Source: an uncultured Pseudomonadota bacterium (GTDB lineage Bacteria > Pseudomonadota > Alphaproteobacteria > JACZXZ01). Taken from it: 64,000 nt of DNA. Position numbers and translations under genes: made by a program. The stretch spans positions 1,024,001 through 1,088,000 of the forward strand of contig CAVVLJ010000016.1 of assembly GCA_963749075.1 (NCBI GenBank), read 5' to 3'. The notes below the pieces were generated by a model, which worked only from the letters and a program-made list of their open reading frames with translations, had not been told where the DNA came from and did not search any database. Shown here piece by piece: positions 62,584-64,000 of the stretch. How positions within the stretch are numbered: the first letter of the stretch is position 1; the number at the start of each line of letters is the position of its first letter.

Positions 62584-63113
62584 GGCGTGCGGCTGGCCCC
62601 GGAGACATGCTCGAGAAGTGCCAGCAGCCCCTCGAGGAGCTGCTGCGGGGAGGGCGGGCAGCCGGGGATGTGGAGGTCGACCGGGAGCACCTCGCCGACG
62701 CCGCCCACCACCGCGTAGCTGCCGGCGAAGGCGCCGCCGTCGCGCGCGCAGTCGCCCACGGCGACGACCCACTTGGGGTGCGGGGCCGCCTCGTAGGTGC
62801 GCTTGAGCCCCTCGCGCATGTTAGCCGTCACGGGGCCCGTCACCAGCAGCACGTCGGCGTGACGCGGCGAAGCCACGAAGCGGATGCCGAAGCGCTCGAG
62901 GTCATAGATGACGTTGTTGACGGCGTGGATCTCGAGCTCGCAGCCGTTGCACGAGCCGGCATCGACCTCGCGGATGGCGAGGCTGCGCCCGAGCCGGGCG
63001 CGCGCCGCCGCCTCGACGCGCCCGGCGAGCTCGGCGAGCGCCGCCTCGCCTGGCCGAGGCGCCGCCACGGTCAGCGGTCCTCCGAAAACGCTCTTGGCGA
63101 TCAGCTTCCACAT
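62580..63113 (-). CDS. NuoB/HyfI-like Fe-S small subunit (Ehr complex)
   Basis: IREVDAGSCNGCELE, ASPRHAD, VAVGDCA, IPGCPP. Confidence 0.93.
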   Translation of the reverse strand: MWKLIAKSVFGGPLTVAAPRPGEAALAELAGRVEAAARARLGRSLAIREVDAGSCNGCELEIHAVNNVIYDLERFGIRFVASPRHADVLLVTGPVTANMREGLKRTYEAAPHPKWVVAVGDCARDGGAFAGSYAVVGGVGEVLPVDLHIPGCPPSPQQLLEGLLALLEHVSGASRTP

Positions 63114-63147
63114 GGCCCGAGGGAATTTTCCTCCGCTGACGCGCCTC

Positions 63148-64000
63148 TCAAAGATCGGCGCCCGAGTAGGAGCAGTTGAAGGACTTATTGCAGAGCGGGA
63201 AGTCCGCGACGATGTTGTTGAGGATGGCGGCCTCGAGGAGCGGCCACTGCAGCACCGAGGGGTCGCGCGCGTGGCAGCGCACGACGCGGCCGTCCTCGCC
63301 GAGCCGCACCCAGGTGAGGATGTCGCCGCGGAAGCCCTCGACGAGGGCGCTGCCCTCGCCGGCGCGAGGCGAGAGCTCGGTCTTGACCGGGCCAGGCGGC
63401 AGGTGTGCCAAGATGTGCTCGACCAGGCCGAGGCTCGCGTCGATCTCCTCCATGCGGAGCTGCACGCGTGCATTCACGTCGCCCTCGCTCAGCACCGGCA
63501 CCGTGAAGTCGAGCTCGTCATAGGGCGGATAGGGTGCCGCCTTGCGCGCATCGAAGCCGCGCGAGGACGCGCGGCCCACGTAGCCGCCCGCCGCGAAGCG
63601 GTGCACGAGCGCCGCCGAGACGGTGCCGGTCGCGACCGTGCGGTCGAGCAGCGAGGGCTTGTTGTCGTAAATCTCGGCGAGCGGCGGGAAGTCGCGGCGG
63701 AGCGCCTGCGCGAGCTCGCCGAGGCGGTGCCGGCCCTCGGCCGCCAGGTCCACGGCGACGCCGCCGGGGACGACCCTGTCCATCATGAGGCGGTGGCCGA
63801 AGGCGGCGGCCGCCGCCTGCAAGGTGCGCTCGCGCAGCACGCCGCAGTGGGCGTGCATGAAGGCGAAGGCGGCGTCGTTGCACACGGCACCCACGTCGCC
63901 CACGTGGTTCGCTATGCGCTCGAGCTCCGCCATGAGCGCGCGCAGCCAATGGCCACGCGCCGGCACGCTCGCGCCGAGCGCCGCCTCGACGGCGCGCGCG
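63148..64000 (-). CDS. NuoD/HyfG-like large subunit (Ehr type), 5' truncated by window
   Basis: LRALMAELERIANH, EGFRG, RDPS..QW, ADFPLCNKSFNCSYSGADL. Confidence 0.9.
   Translation of the reverse strand, partial: ARAVEAALGASVPARGHWLRALMAELERIANHVGDVGAVCNDAAFAFMHAHCGVLRERTLQAAAAAFGHRLMMDRVVPGGVAVDLAAEGRHRLGELAQALRRDFPPLAEIYDNKPSLLDRTVATGTVSAALVHRFAAGGYVGRASSRGFDARKAAPYPPYDELDFTVPVLSEGDVNARVQLRMEEIDASLGLVEHILAHLPPGPVKTELSPRAGEGSALVEGFRGDILTWVRLGEDGRVVRCHARDPSVLQWPLLEAAILNNIVADFPLCNKSFNCSYSGADL

Overview
High-GC (visually about 70%) alphaproteobacterial, probably Rhodospirillales-like, chromosome segment with about 59 CDS. No rRNA, tRNA, CRISPR, transposase or prophage genes were recognised. Core loci are bamA(3')-skp-fabZ-lpxA-lpxI-lpxB (no lpxD), yfgM-bamB-der and mlaE-mlaF-radA-cvpA-purF-SDR. 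Accessory blocks are: (1) a 5-22 kb catabolic region (fluoroacetate-dehalogenase-like hydrolase, PcaB-like lyase, CoA-transferase III, HMG-CoA-lyase-like enzyme, MmgE/PrpD, atypical acyl-CoA dehydrogenase, CoA ligase, Pot-type ABC transporter, DUF1028, amidohydrolase); (2) a signalling insert after der (DUF4189, FecR-domain protein, CHASE2 adenylate cyclase, putative beta-barrel); (3) GcvT-family oxidoreductase, MmsA, PolX-PHP, HAD and a Liv-type ABC plus racemase operon; (4) DcaP porin, GntR, a non-canonical ThDP enzyme and frc; (5) an envelope glycosylation cluster (SGNH, GT-C-like protein, YdjC, GT2, small membrane protein, GH17); (6) the end of an Ehr (hydrogenase-4-like, no NiFe motif) operon. 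Three families of palindromic intergenic repeats are present. Four genes carry single +1 frameshifts, three of them at GANTC motifs, which suggests basecalling errors at CcrM-methylated sites. All family calls come from motif recognition only; no database search was run.
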